This document shows positions 1-13,260 of a stretch of 64,000 nucleotides of DNA, in pieces. The notes under the pieces were generated by a model. The model searched no databases. It was not told the origin of the DNA and saw only the letters and a list, made by a program, of their open reading frames with translations. This stretch comes from Octopus vulgaris (Eukaryota), in contig OX597816.1 in NCBI GenBank assembly GCA_951406725.2, forward strand, positions 99,324,001-99,388,000, given 5' to 3'. Within the stretch, counting starts at the first letter, position 1. Every line of letters begins with the position of its first letter. Both the position numbers and the translations under genes were made by a program.

Positions 1-68
<68 letters not shown>

Positions 69-69
69 C

Positions 70-233
70 ACGACGGACTCTTTCAGTTTCCATCTAACAA
101 ATCCACTCACAAGGCTTTGGTCGACCCGAGGCGATATTAGAAGACACTTGCCCAAAGTGCTATGCAGCGGGACTGAACCTGGGAGCATATAGTTGGTAAG
201 CAAGCCACTTCCTACACAACCACTCCTGCGCCT
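70..233 (-). mobile_element. tRNA-derived SINE family A, 5' head; the internal microsatellite at 1-62 probably belongs to it
   Basis: Reverse complement matches the copies at 14022 and 23752-24202, with A-box-like, B-box-like (GGTTCAGTCCC) and TGGGCAAGTGTCTT core motifs. Confidence 0.85.
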
Positions 234-439
234 ATGGATGTGTACCTTTAAAGAATGGCCCTATAAACAGTGAACAATAAACAGTTCACGTATATTCCAT
301 TCGAAGTTGCGTTAGAACAAGTACAATACAGTTTACTTAAGTGTATTACTTCACTTTACTTTCAATATATTTCTCTTTATCATAGATAGAGATGTTGTAA
401 CTTTAATTCAAGAAAAAACACCTAGTAAGTGATACCAAA

Positions 440-935
440 GCTTTTCTTTTATCATCGCCATAATATCATTACATCATCATCATTGTTACTATCGTCATGT
501 ATTTGTCGCTATCATAATCAACCACTTCGAAATTCTTTGTTCTTGAATCTTGTTCTTATCCTCACCATCATCATCAGAAATAACTGCATCCAGAAGCATT
601 AGTATCTTCAGCTTAATCAATATCATTATCAGCATTATAGCGATTTTCATCATCATCATCATCATCATCCTTTTATCAATTTTGCGATTGTCATTCTCAT
701 CAGCAGCAGTATCTTCGAGATCATCGACATGACGATCAGTACCACACAGATATTCATAATTATCCTGATTAATCTCATCATCATTATAATCAGCAGCAGC
801 AGTAGCAGCAACATCCGCATTATCATCTTCGTCATCTTTGTCTTCGTCACTACCATCATCATCACTATCACCATCATCATCATCGTCGTCATCGTCGTCG
901 TAATCGTCCTCGTCGTCGACAACGTCGTCATCAGT
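440..935. repeat. Degenerate (ATC/GTC)n trinucleotide low-complexity tract
   Basis: Runs of atc/gtc/agc; accounts for the Ile/Val/Met-rich spurious ORFs. Confidence 0.85.
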
Positions 936-1539
936 ATCAACATTTCACATGTCTCAAGGAGCATGGTGAAATCTTGTTCTGAATGTGAAGTGCTTCCGAA
1001 AAAAATTCTTCAAACAGTATAACAATTCTGAAGATTGCTTTCATTGAGTTGGATCCCTACTGTATTTTTATTAATCACACACATACACTAACACTCACAG
1101 ACACGCTCACTCACTCACTCACTTACACACATATATAACTACGTATATAAGTGTAAATATATATACAAATGCGATTATTAATATATAAACACACACATAT
1201 ACATATATATATATATACACTTTATATAACACACACAGACACACACATATGTGTGTGCGTGTATGTGTGGATACTTGGGGAAGTGTATCTATTTACACCC
1301 AAATAAATGTGCAAAAGATCAGATATCAGAAACGCGCAGGAACACACACAAGTATATTGATATTATATTAAATATACGTGTATGTATGCATGTATGTGCA
1401 TATGTACGTGAATACACAGATATGCGCGCACGCACACATGCACATTCTTACAGACACACATACATACAGGCATATTATATATGTATGTATGTTTGCATGT
1501 ACGTATGTATGTATGTATGTATGTATGTATGTATGTATG

Positions 1540-1589
<50 letters not shown>

Positions 1590-1774
1590 CGTGTAAATGG
1601 TTGCTTTGGCATCTTTCTTTTTTTCTGTTGTAATATATTTTTTCTTCAACACGACTTTTGAAGTGTCGTTCAACTAATCAATAATAATAATAATAATAAT
1701 AAAATTAGTTACATTATTATATCAAAAACACGAGATTTATTACTGTACTAAAAATAAGAATTATAAACTCAACT

Positions 1775-1843
1775 GGTAGTAGTGGCAGTAGTAGTAGTAG
1801 TAGCAGTAGCAGCAGTAGCAGCAGTAGTAGCAGCAGTAGTAGC

Positions 1844-1887
<44 letters not shown>

Positions 1888-1892
1888 CAGTA
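1775..1892. repeat. (GTA/GCA)n trinucleotide microsatellite
   Basis: Directly visible. Confidence 0.95.
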
Positions 1893-2479
1893 GAGGGAAG
1901 GGGAGGACGACGTAGAAATATACATGTAAACGTTACCACTTACATGAAAGCAAATGGATATTAAATGGACAAAAGTGTGACAATATGGAGAGGAAAAGGA
2001 GGAGAAACAATATGATTAGCGAATGCTGGAAATAATAATTTCATTGAGGTTGTTGATGATGACCATGATACAAATTAAGAAAATAGTCATGATAATGACA
2101 GTGATTATGATGATACGAATGGTGAGGATCATCAATATAATTTCTATCATCAATATAGTCATGATGATATGATTATGATGACGATAATGAATATTATATC
2201 CACGGTGGCTGTGATGATGATGATGGTAATGATGATTTATATCATGATTAGAATGATTATGTTTATGATAACAATGTTTATGACAAAGAGGTAGAAGTTG
2301 AAGAATAGGGAGAAGGGGCTTTTTTTTACCACTGAAATATTTCCTGCAACAACAGCGCGTTAAGATAATCTTGGAAACGTAACCGAAACATGCTAACGTT
2401 TAAATTTTTGCGCAATTTTCTTATTTACTTCTAAATTTAAAGCTTTTAACCCCTTAGGTTACTTTGTAATCTTGAACTG

Positions 2480-2848
2480 ATCACATGTGTATGAGTGTGT
2501 GTGTGTGTGCGCGCGGTTGCATTCATATATATGTGTATATATATATATCTATATATTTATCTATCTTTTTATCTGACTATCTAGCTCTTTATCTATCCAT
2601 ATATATATATATGCAAACATATATACAGAGATATATACATATATATATGCATATATATATAAATATAAATATATCTATATATATACACATATATATATGT
2701 ATATATACATTTATACATATATATATATATGAATATAGATATATATATATATGCAGACATATATATATATATATATATATACATACATACTAAACACATA
2801 TATGTATGTATGTATGTATGTATGTATATATGTATGTATGTATGTACA

Positions 2849-2884
<36 letters not shown>

Positions 2885-2890
2885 TGTACT
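2480..2890. repeat. Compound (TG)/(TA)/(TATG) microsatellite
   Basis: Directly visible. Confidence 0.9.
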
Positions 2891-3459
2891 GTGTGGTTAA
2901 GATTTCAACAAGTATATAACACTCGATCTGTTACGAATTTATAGATATAGTTATAATAAAAACCACAAGCCTTCTGAAATACAGCAATCCAAGGTTTCTT
3001 GGCTGGACGATACCATAGTTTGTTGATATGTGTGTTTCATAAACAATTCGATTTATAAGGTCGATAACGTGAATCGGTAGCCGCGTACATTTACTTTCTC
3101 AATCAAACACACAAACGCGCACGCGCGCATACACACGCCCACTCCTGCACAAATACTTTAAATATATTGAACGCTAACAAGGGTACATCAGTTTCTCTCT
3201 TCCGTGATTTTCATAGTGTCTATGAAGCACTGGTGCCGGAAAACTATTGTTACGACCGGACAGAACAAGCGTTACATTGGATCAGTGAAATGAAAATTCA
3301 GACACAGCAACCATCTTTCAACCCCAAAAAGGGATATACAACTACTCGTGGCATTAATCTAGAACTTTAAGGAAGATAACATCAGCCACAACATCCGATG
3401 GAAAAATAATAATAATAATAATAATAATGATAATAATAATAATAATGATGATAAAAACA

Positions 3460-3829
3460 GGCTTAGCGTTGAACCCGGTATGGAAGCCCTAAATCTAATA
3501 TGGACCATGATACCTTATTTGGAATATTTCTATTTTTAAGATGATGTATGTGACTAGCGAGGGTTGTGGATTTACTGCGTTTCTCGTATCTGAAAGAAGT
3601 GATAAGTGCAGAGAATGATTGTTTAAAATCCATAGTTGATCCTATATATGTTACTTGTAGAATTGTGTAGCTTGTTGAGGACGGTGTAATTGTAAATTAC
3701 GTTAGACCTTCTGCAACGGATTTTTAGAGGGGATAATGGTTCCAGGGCGGCAGTTACATGGTAGTGCATTGTGGGTATTATTCTCAGGAATGGGAGAAGT
3801 AATAATTTCGAAATTTCATTTTCACTACA
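3460..3829 (-). mobile_element. Penelope-like element, GIY-YIG endonuclease relic
   Basis: Minus strand translates, with one frameshift, CRRSNVIYNYTV...TYIGSTMDFKQSFSALITSFRYEKRSKSTTLASHIHHLKNRNIPNKVSWSILD, the PLE GIY-YIG pattern (NVIY...YIG...FK.R...SF....ST.LS.H...LK...W.IL). Confidence 0.8.
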
Positions 3830-3962
3830 ATACGTATGTATTTGTGTATGTGTTTTAAGAATTTTTGCGAAATTACAACAAAAAATATAAGTGCAACCTA
3901 ATAAAAGGAACTCGATACTATTTTATAATGTAGAAGAGTATTATATATTCATTTATTAAAGC
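3830..3962 (+). repeat. 133-bp direct duplication, copy 1 (copy 2 at 4639-4771)
   Basis: The two copies differ at one position (gcgaaatt vs gcgatatt). Confidence 0.95.
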
Positions 3963-4480
3963 ACACGGAATTAATATCTTCACACTATCCATTTGTAATA
4001 TCAAAATGCAAAAAAAAACTATCAGAATTTACAGACCATGGACAAGAAACCTCTCTACCAATTCTACACAGCACTTTCTTCGGATAATGGAACTGCAACT
4101 GTAACATCCAGAATATATTTCATTTTTATTTTCATATTTCCCTTTATACTTCCTATATACCTCCCTTTCCAAAATAACTTATATTGAACTCTACTATTTC
4201 CTTCTATTTAACTCACTTATATCGTCTCTAATGATGGAATATCCTTTATATCCCTGAAACAGCTGTAAGACTACTTTTTTTCTTTATAAATGTCCTAGAA
4301 ATTTCACACTGCCTTACCTTTGTTGTCTCATTTTATTTAACATATACTCGCTCACACACGACCTATGTTACTCTCCTCCCTCATACTATTATCGAACTGG
4401 GTGTCTAACTGCAGTTTTTCCGTAGCACTTATATACCTTTACCTGCCATTTTGGGTCTTCTGAATACCAAAACCTCTCAT
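3963..4480 (+). mobile_element. Probable Penelope-like element 3' end / pseudo-LTR with decayed hammerhead
   Basis: Contains the hammerhead-like motif at 4224-4271 and lies next to the GIY-YIG relic; extent approximate. Confidence 0.55.
4224..4271 (+). ncRNA. Minimal type-I hammerhead ribozyme, decayed (G5>A)
   Basis: GTCT-CTAATGA-TGGAATAT(CCTTT)ATATCCCT-GAAA-C-AGCT-GTA-AGAC: stem I GTCT/AGAC, imperfect stem II, palindromic stem III ACAGCTGT, GUA triplet. Confidence 0.7.
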
Positions 4481-4638
4481 ATTATATATACATACATACA
4501 CACATACATAATACACATATACATATATACATATGTATGTATACATATATACATATATATCGTACGCACGTATATACTACACGAATATATGTGTGTGTGT
4601 GTTTGAGTGTGTATGTCTATAAACGTGTTTATTTATAC

Positions 4639-4771
4639 ATACGTATGTATTTGTGTATGTGTTTTAAGAATTTTTGCGATATTACAACAAAAAATATAAG
4701 TGCAACCTAATAAAAGGAACTCGATACTATTTTATAATGTAGAAGAGTATTATATATTCATTTATTAAAGC
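4639..4771 (+). repeat. 133-bp direct duplication, copy 2
   Basis: Matches 3830-3962 with one mismatch. Confidence 0.95.
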
Positions 4772-5738
4772 TAAAAGTATTGGATAAAGATCACCACATT
4801 CAAAAGCACGAAAGATAGAAACTGAGGCACCCTTGTCAGCGTTCAATAGTTTCAAGTTATATGTGTATGTATGTGTGTATGTATGTGTGTATGTATGTAT
4901 TTATGTATGTAACTATGTATGTATGTATGTATGTATGTATGTTGGGTTGTGTAAATATGTGTACGCGCGAATATGTATGCGGTTATCGCTTCACGTTATC
5001 GACCTTATCAATTGAATAGTTTCCATTTATTTTAAATTAGATACATTTCGGTCAACATTTTAGATTGATAGACAAAATCGACATTTAATCTTCAAGGAAT
5101 TGCCACACTTCAATATTCAGATTTCAAGTATGTTTGTTACTAGTGGATTGTGTGTGTGTGTATGTATGTGCATGCGGGCGCATGTGTATGTATCCATGCT
5201 CGCGTCTCTGTGTGTATGAGTGTATGTTTGTGATGATGTGATTGTTACCAATCACAGTGAAAATTTCAATAAAATTTACATTTAAGTATTTAGAAGATAA
5301 AAAAAAATAAATATCGCCGTTTGCTTTGAAATTGCATTATTATATATTTTGCGCTTTATATTTGTAGTTTTTGCTGTTACGAGTTTATAAACTCTTGATA
5401 ATAATAAAGTATTTTGGGATGAAATTGTTGCTGTATGATAAATACACACACACACACACGCATAATATATAGATCGTTAACCGTAAAAGAAAAGTAATCT
5501 GTTATTTTAAATATGAAAGTATTCCATCAAAAGGATACTTACAGGATTCATATTCCCATGAGGATCAAAAATTGATCCAAGTTATTCGATTAATGTCCAC
5601 AGCTGATGTTTTTTCTAGTTTTATTCATTTTTTATATTTAGAAACTTACGTTATAAAGTGACTGTTATCCATTTTTAATATTTTGTGCATCATAATACGT
5701 AATCTCATTCATGTGTGATTGCATAGTCGTATATGTGC

Positions 5739-5780
<42 letters not shown>

Positions 5781-6589
5781 TTCGTTTTTGGATCTGGTTT
5801 GCAAGATATTTTATGTGAGTTCGTGTGCTGCAGCATATTCTGTTGTGTCTGGGAAGAGTCATTTTCTTTTTGTACTATTTAATTAACACACTTACCGGTA
5901 AAAATTCCACATATTTCTTATTTTCATTTTCCTAAAATTTTCGTTGCGTCTTGCAACCATTTTAACAGTCTTTACTCTGTCCATTATTTACACTACGTTC
6001 CTTTTTTTTTTTTGTGCGCATGTGTGTGGGTCAGTGTGTGTGTTTATGTGTGTATGTGCGTGCCTATGCATGTATGTATGCATGTATGTGTATGTATATA
6101 TGTAATGAATGTGTGTGCATCTGTATCTATGTATTCTGCATATTCATGCGCTTTCGTGTCCGTGTTTGTCTGTTTTTTTATGTATGTGTGTGTGCGTGTG
6201 TTTGTATATGTATGCACCTCTGTCTCCTTGTGTATGAATGTGTGAGTGTGTTTTGCAACTATGTACCGTGTTTGTATGTATGGATGTGCATCTCCACATG
6301 TGTGGACACGTGTCTCCATATGTGTCCTTGTGTGAAGTAAATGGTGTGTGAATATATGGTTGTGTGTTTCAGTCTTCATTTGTGTATGTGTGCTTGTCTG
6401 TTTATATAACCTATGTACCTAGCCTTCTGTATGTTGATCTGTTTATTTTCATATCCATATGCTTACATACTTGTGCATATATATACACCAAACATACACA
6501 CAGACATACATCTAGCTACATAACAGCCCACTAACTATTCTACTCTACCTGTGTAAACTGTGCGTATGGAGGTATGATACCTACTATGT

Positions 6590-6925
6590 ATATTTCCTAT
6601 TTAGTGTTGGGCAAGTTTCATTTATAAGGACGTAATCCCGTATTTATCTGAGTGTTGGGTCTTTTGGGTTCTTGGATAAGGAGCGGATGTCAAGTTGACA
6701 CAGGTAGCATCCATGTTGGTCTTAAGCATGTTGGTAGAGTATGGAGGACTGTTTTTTGTCGTCATAGGGTCTCATATATTCATTTAGTCGTTCCGCAATG
6801 CTCCTAGATATCTCCCCTATGTATGTCACGTTCATGTGACAAGCACCTTCTATGCATCTTATGCTGTAAACTACATTTCTAGTTCTACAGTTAATGCCGT
6901 TTGCGTTCAGTCTTAGATTACTGAA
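6590..6925 (-). mobile_element. Penelope-like element, GIY-YIG endonuclease C-terminal relic
   Basis: End of ORF 6722..7420 reads [48 protein letters not shown], then ..LDIRSLS..LR*IRDYVLINETCPTLNRK; internal stops. Confidence 0.85.
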
Positions 6926-6926
6926 T

Positions 6927-6967
<41 letters not shown>

Positions 6968-7128
6968 AATACATACATACACAGCATACATACATATATA
7001 TATATATATATGTATGTATGGATAGATATATGTATGCATGTATGCTGTGTATGTATGTATGTATGTATGTATGGATATATATATATGTATGCTGTGTATG
7101 TATGGATGTATATATATGTATGTATGGC

Positions 7129-7165
<37 letters not shown>

Positions 7166-7218
7166 ATGCTGTGTATGTATGGATGTATATATATATATAT
7201 GCAAGCTGTCTATGTATG

Positions 7219-7249
<31 letters not shown>

Positions 7250-7440
7250 GCAAGCTGTGTATGTATGGATGTATATATATATATATATATGCAAGCTGTG
7301 TATGTATGGATGTATATATATATATATATATGCATGCTGTGTATGTATGGATGTATATATATATATATATGCATGTATATATATATATATATATAAATAT
7401 ATACACATCCATCCATACATACATACACAGCATACATATG
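6926..7440. repeat. Compound minisatellite, unit ~GCTGTGTATGTATGGATG(TA)n
   Basis: About 7 units between ~7040 and 7370; reverse-complement units (CATACACAGCATACAT) near 6975-6995 and 7420-7437. Confidence 0.85.
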
Positions 7441-7592
7441 TAGAGTATAGATAAAATTGCGTCTAATGACATAATGTAATAGGTATATGCCCTAAATGCT
7501 CGGGTTCGCTTACCACGTATGTATGTAGTTTACCATGTGCTTACCACGTATATAGTGTAACATGTATGTATGTCATTATTCGGTTTATTTTA

Positions 7593-7795
7593 GGCGGCGA
7601 GCTGGCAGAAATGTTAGCAATCCGGGCGAAATGCTTAGCGGTATTTCGTCTGTGTCCAAATTCCTTCGGGGTCGACTTTGCATTTCATCCTTTCGGGGTC
7701 GATAAATTTAGTACCATTTATGTACTGGGGTCGGTCTAATCGACTGGCCCCATCCCCCGAAATTTGCGGCCTTGTGCGTTGAGTGGAAAAGAATA
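7593..7795 (+). mobile_element. tRNA-derived SINE family B
   Basis: GGCGGCGAGCTGGCAGAA head, GTCGACTTTGC.TTTCATCCTTTCGGGGTCGATAAA core, GGCCTTGTG...GAAAAGAAT tail; many copies in the window. Confidence 0.9.
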
Positions 7796-7953
7796 AGTGT
7801 CTGTAAGTGGTCCACGTGTGTACGGGTAGATGTAAGTAATGAACAGACAAAAGAAAAATGAACGGGCTAAACGAGTATTATTAATTTAGAGCATGGTATT
7901 TATAATTCAAAAATACTTGCATTGTTAGATTAAATAGGTGACGAAGAAGTGGT

Positions 7954-8035
7954 GCATAAAGTCTGAAACAGCTGTTTCTATAATAGCTGTGCATATGCAT
8001 AGCTATTCTAGAAACAGCTGCAAAAGACTTTATGC
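7954..8035. repeat. 82-bp imperfect palindrome
   Basis: 41-nt arms centred on GCAT|ATGC; 35/41 positions complementary by manual comparison. Confidence 0.9.
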
Positions 8036-8617
8036 GCAAAATGATGCCTCAATAATGCATTCGCTTTGGTCGTGGTAAGAAGATGAACAAAATGAACATC
8101 TCTTTCTTTAAACCATTGAGCAGCATCCAATCACCATTTCTAACATATTCTACAGCATATACTGAATAGTTTCAATCATCCGTTAATTAAAATTCTGTGT
8201 ATGAAGAGAGAGAGATAGATAGATAGATTAGAAATGAGTCAGATACATCACCACACTTGGCGCTTTCATCTGGCCCAAGTTAAAGTCACTGTTCAGCTGC
8301 TTTCATATTTCATTCAATTGTAACTATTATTGTGAAGCCTTGTTGACAAACTGTACGAATTCCAAGTCAGCAATTAATCACCGTAAGCGAGACATAATAG
8401 TACAGCCGTTCTGATAGAAAACAATTTATGAAAACTGTGTTTTCTGCTGAATCTTAAGAGGAAATCTGGTCACGGATTGGAACAATGGATTTTACCGAAA
8501 TTTAATCATTATCATCATCATTATTATTATCATTTATACTATATACAATTCTAAGATTCTGTGTATGCATGTGAGTACACAAAATAGACAAACAGGTACA
8601 GATATATCATAATGCGT

Positions 8618-8693
<76 letters not shown>

Positions 8694-10879
8694 GGCGGGT
8701 TTCTTTCGGTGTCCGTTTATGAAATATTATGAAATACTATATAGATTACGATATATTACGCCTTAATATTACATAGTGATCTAATATGTGGATTCACATT
8801 GCTTGCAAATTCCTTGAAAATAAATACGTGAATTAACTGGTTGCTACGGACATCGTTTGGGAGAAACAGAATATGGTGAATTAGATTGTGTTTGAGAGTG
8901 GATGGAAGGAGTAGGAGAAATGAAGAAGAGGGAAGGAGGAAAGAAAGAATGGAGGACAGATGAGGTGGAGGTGAGGATGGAGAATTTACAAGCAGAGTAG
9001 AAAAGGTTTCTCCGAATAATAGTTTGCTTTAGAAGAATTATGGAGGAATTAAAGTTATATGATACTACAGAAATACATGAGGGGTACAAATATTGCGAAA
9101 TATCGGACTACGGATTTGTATATTTCATGTGGTTTTGGTAAATTATCTTTGTAAATCTAATGTGAGGCAAATGAAGTCAACTGCGTAGTAATTTTGGAAG
9201 GACAATGAGATATTATGTTGTCTATATATTTACAAATTTAATAAAAAGTCATAACGACGTAATACATTAAAATCAGCTTATACACTTTCACCTTTACATT
9301 CCATTCTACAAAACAACGGTCACATTTATACGACAGCCACATGTTTTCTTCGAACAAACTTCTTCCGTAAATGTTATTTTGCTAAACCCGATCACCATTC
9401 AGTAAACAAACCACCTTCCGTTTTTATGTCCTCGCTTCTCTCCTCCTTTTCTCTCTTCCCAGTTTTCTTATTCTACCTTTTTCTCTAATATAAATCTCCT
9501 CCCCTCATTTCTATTAATCATTACAACAGCGTATACTCACCACCCATCAACTTATATCGCATTGTTTCAAAAAACATATTTGTTTTCAAAAAACATATTT
9601 GTTTTCAGTTATACTGTTACCATTCATTGTTTTAACAGCACGGCGTGCTGTAAAATGAGACTAGAACACGCTAATGAAGTCACAATTGTGTGTGTGTGTG
9701 TATGTACGTGCGTACATGCGTGTGTATTAGTATGTATGTGTACGTGCGTGCGTGTGTATGTATGTGTGCGCGAGCAGGGAGAAGATCTATGAGTTAGTGT
9801 TTGTATTGCATTATATTTCTAGGATCGAAGTGCAACCTTCCCTAATATTACATAATTTAGATGGGTAGCCGTGAAATATATTGCTTCATGACGTGCACCA
9901 ATATGAACATGTACTCATATTAGCACATGCTCACAAATTTATAGAGAAAGGTTATAATCAATTGAATCAACCTTTGCACACGACTGGTAATTGAAAGGAA
10001 GAAAGGCAATGTCCTATCTTGCAGGATTTTACACGTAAAAATGTGATAGAATATTGTAAGGCGTTTAATTCAGCATGATTACGTTCCTTTCACTCTACTG
10101 CATATTAAACAGGCTACTGGTATCAAAAAATAAGGACGAATAATGCTCCAATAAAGCTGAGAAAATGTCAGCCTCTGATTGAAGTTATTTTATATCATTT
10201 ATGCTACTGCCTTTAGGAGCGAGAATGAACATTGAAATATTCTAAGTTCCTTTTTTTTCTTGAAATTATAAGCCCCAATATGAAGTAAAAAAAAAACCTA
10301 CTTTATACATCAGCGAAAAGAATTAACCTGGGGCACCGTTTGGTGAAGATGTCGCAGATCCTGTTGATTCCAGTTTCTGAATAATCATTCCAGTCACACT
10401 AAGTTATTTTACCTCAGTTGTGTTTCTGAATGCCTTTTCGAATTTTGAAGTTTTAATTTATATATAAAAATCATTGTATTTACTTGTTAATTCAACAAAT
10501 AATCACTAAAATATAAGAACAGCCTTGATCTGCAACCTCAAACACCAAAATACTAATAAACGAAATGTTATGCATGTAATTGTAATAAAGAAATGTAGCT
10601 AACATTTTGAGATCGACTCTTCATTGGAGAATTATCTATAGATTTATAGTTTAATATCACACATTGATTTCTACTGCGTGAATAAACTCGTTGTTCTTTG
10701 GACAGAAACAATTACTTTACGTTGTGTCATTCACGGAAAATTTCTATAAATTTTATGATACGATCGAAAGGAATCTATAAAGAAATGAATGAGTTATATG
10801 CATTACAGCAGAAATATGTTGTACTTCTGAACAACATTCTTTACACATAAATACACACACACACACAGACACACATACA

Positions 10880-10928
<49 letters not shown>

Positions 10929-13014
10929 GATGCGCTTTTAATTTATAGCTGTGAAGCTTTGGGAAAGGGTATCGAAGGTTTATACAAAACAAACTGCACC
11001 AAAACTCGGTAAATATCACGATTTTCAAACATCTTTGTCACCTACGTTTGTTTGAGAAAATGGATATAGTGCAATAGAAAAAGCATCAAACTGCAAGAAA
11101 GTGATCAAGAGATCATTGTGTGTGTTTCCACAGAAAATAGAATATGAAAGTGAAATTTATGTAATAGCTGTCGCCTAAACAGCATTAAAGAAACCTTTCT
11201 GTTCATAGTTTTATCAGAAAACATTATTTTATACCCTACAAATTATGCAAGAGTTAGGAATAGGCCTCGTAAAGGTTTAGGTAAAAGCAATATTACCTGG
11301 GATAAATAAGTAGCATGTCTTCAGGTGCATCTTTTAGTCACCGAAACTTGGAGAAACTGAAGTTTAACACCAGCGAGATTCATGATTAGATTTTTTCTTT
11401 TCAACATTTGAAGAGTACTAAGAAACGTGTTTTTTTCTTTTTCACTTTTTATTTTTGAAGAGAAATGCTGTTGGCTGATGGAAGCAATTTTTAACACACT
11501 TTTCACTGTGTACAAATAATGTCTGATCGTCAGCCTTGACTTCTTAGATATATATCTAAATCTGAATCTAAAATGAACGGTTAAATATGCCACTATGCCA
11601 TATAAAAATACAAACTTAAGGAAAACTTAAGGAAAGTAAACAATTTTTTAAAGAAAAGAGTCACAAATAAGCTCAAAATAGATTTTCTTTAATCTATTTA
11701 GTTCTCCTCCAGGTAAAATATTTCACAAAGTTAATAAAATGGAAAGAAATTGAAAGAAAAAGTTTAGCTTTAAATTCGGCAAGTGATGTTGGGCAGAAAT
11801 CAAGTAAAATTCCATAGCCTCCAACTAATTCTGTAATTAAATCCCGTCAGCTCATGTGAAGAAAAACTAAATCTGCTTTGAAATAGGAAGAAACCAAAAA
11901 GGAAAATGTAAAAATCATAAAATGTCCACTTTGTGATTGAATTTTATTTCAGTTTTATTTATTTTTCAACTTCTGTGTTGTATTGTTTCCTTTTATTTTT
12001 CTTTGTATTTAAAATTATTCTATTTTCGTGGAGGTTGCTATTGTTAACTTTATTGAGGTTACTGCTATTGTTATTGTTATTATCGATATTATTATTGTTT
12101 TCCTGTTGTATTCTATCCTAACATTTAAAAAATAAACAATAAAAACACACCGCCTGAAAATTCCCAAAAATCGTTAGCTTAATTTCGGTAATTTATGTCT
12201 TGCAAATCGCAACCGGGCAACTTGGCATACCAAATTAACTGTTCTATGTCTGTTATATTTTAATATAATTAGTATATTTTAATCCAGACATAATGAACAG
12301 ATCACTGATTACAGAGTCAATAGGTTAACAAGAGAAAATGTTCAAGTTTCCTATTATCGATATTGTTTTGTGCCTCTGCTCAAGATACATTTGTCAAACA
12401 TTCATGACAACTGCAGGCTTCGAACAACCCGTTATTATTATACACTGCAGCAACACTGTAAAGTCAACTGATTTTTCAACAGTGAGGAATAAAATTTGTT
12501 CTATAGTTCAGATTCTTGTCTACGTACTTTAAGTACACTTCGTAATTTAATAGTTACAATATAGACGGGACGACAGTGGACCGGAATACTCTGCAAAGAC
12601 TCTGTGCGTTGTGTTCAATAACCAGCATTTCGCATAGCCGAATGATGAAGATATTTCAATTCTTTTATTAGTCGCCAAATAATATCATTTGTAGTAGTAG
12701 CCAAAGAACTACATAATGCTAGTCTTTTTTTCAAATTCTATAAGTCTAATTGTTTATCACTATTGTTTTTTATGGTTAATTATACAGGAGATAAGTCCAT
12801 GACTGCACTGATTAGCACTCTATTGCAGGTAATTTCATTCTCATTAAAAATTGTTCCTATTCCTATCAGCAGTTAAAATTACACTACTTAGAGTACGTTC
12901 TTAGGGCTAAGATGACTGAATTTCATTTTGATATCTACATAAAGCAGCAACGTGGATTGTACCTTACTATAGTACCTAAATGATTTCGAGTTCAATAGAT
13001 CTCATCAAAAACAA

Positions 13015-13260
13015 TCAAAGGTCTTTCTCGAGTTATAGGCACATAAGGCAGATTTCCTGGATTCTGTGGCGTATATAATAATCCCCATCTGTATGAGACG
13101 CCGGTCAGTCGCAGCATTACTTATTTTTGCCAGCTGAGTGAAGCAACGTGAAATGAAGTGCTTTGCTCACTATCAAAACGCATCGACCGGTACAGGTATC
13201 AAAGCCACACTCTAACGGACATGAGTGCAACACTCTAACCACTAAACTAAGCACCTCCAC
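13015..13260 (-). mobile_element. tRNA-derived SINE family C (degenerate)
   Basis: Minus strand GGAGGTGCTTAGTTTAGTGGTTAGAGTG A-box-like head followed by a GAGCAAAGCACTT core-like motif. Confidence 0.65.

Noticed and set aside
550-2944. Many ORFs rich in I/Y/M/C/V/H/T here and throughout the window
   Set aside because: They are translations of stop-free microsatellites, with no protein motifs
10330-10378. Possible 49-nt minus-strand micro-exon (KLESTGSATSSPNGAP) between AG and GT
   Set aside because: Weak donor (GTTAAT), no recognisable protein and no partner exons; needs RNA-seq
11298-11593. Minus ORF ending near a CAG|GTAATA donor-like site
   Set aside because: Stops in all three frames shortly before the donor; no recognisable domain
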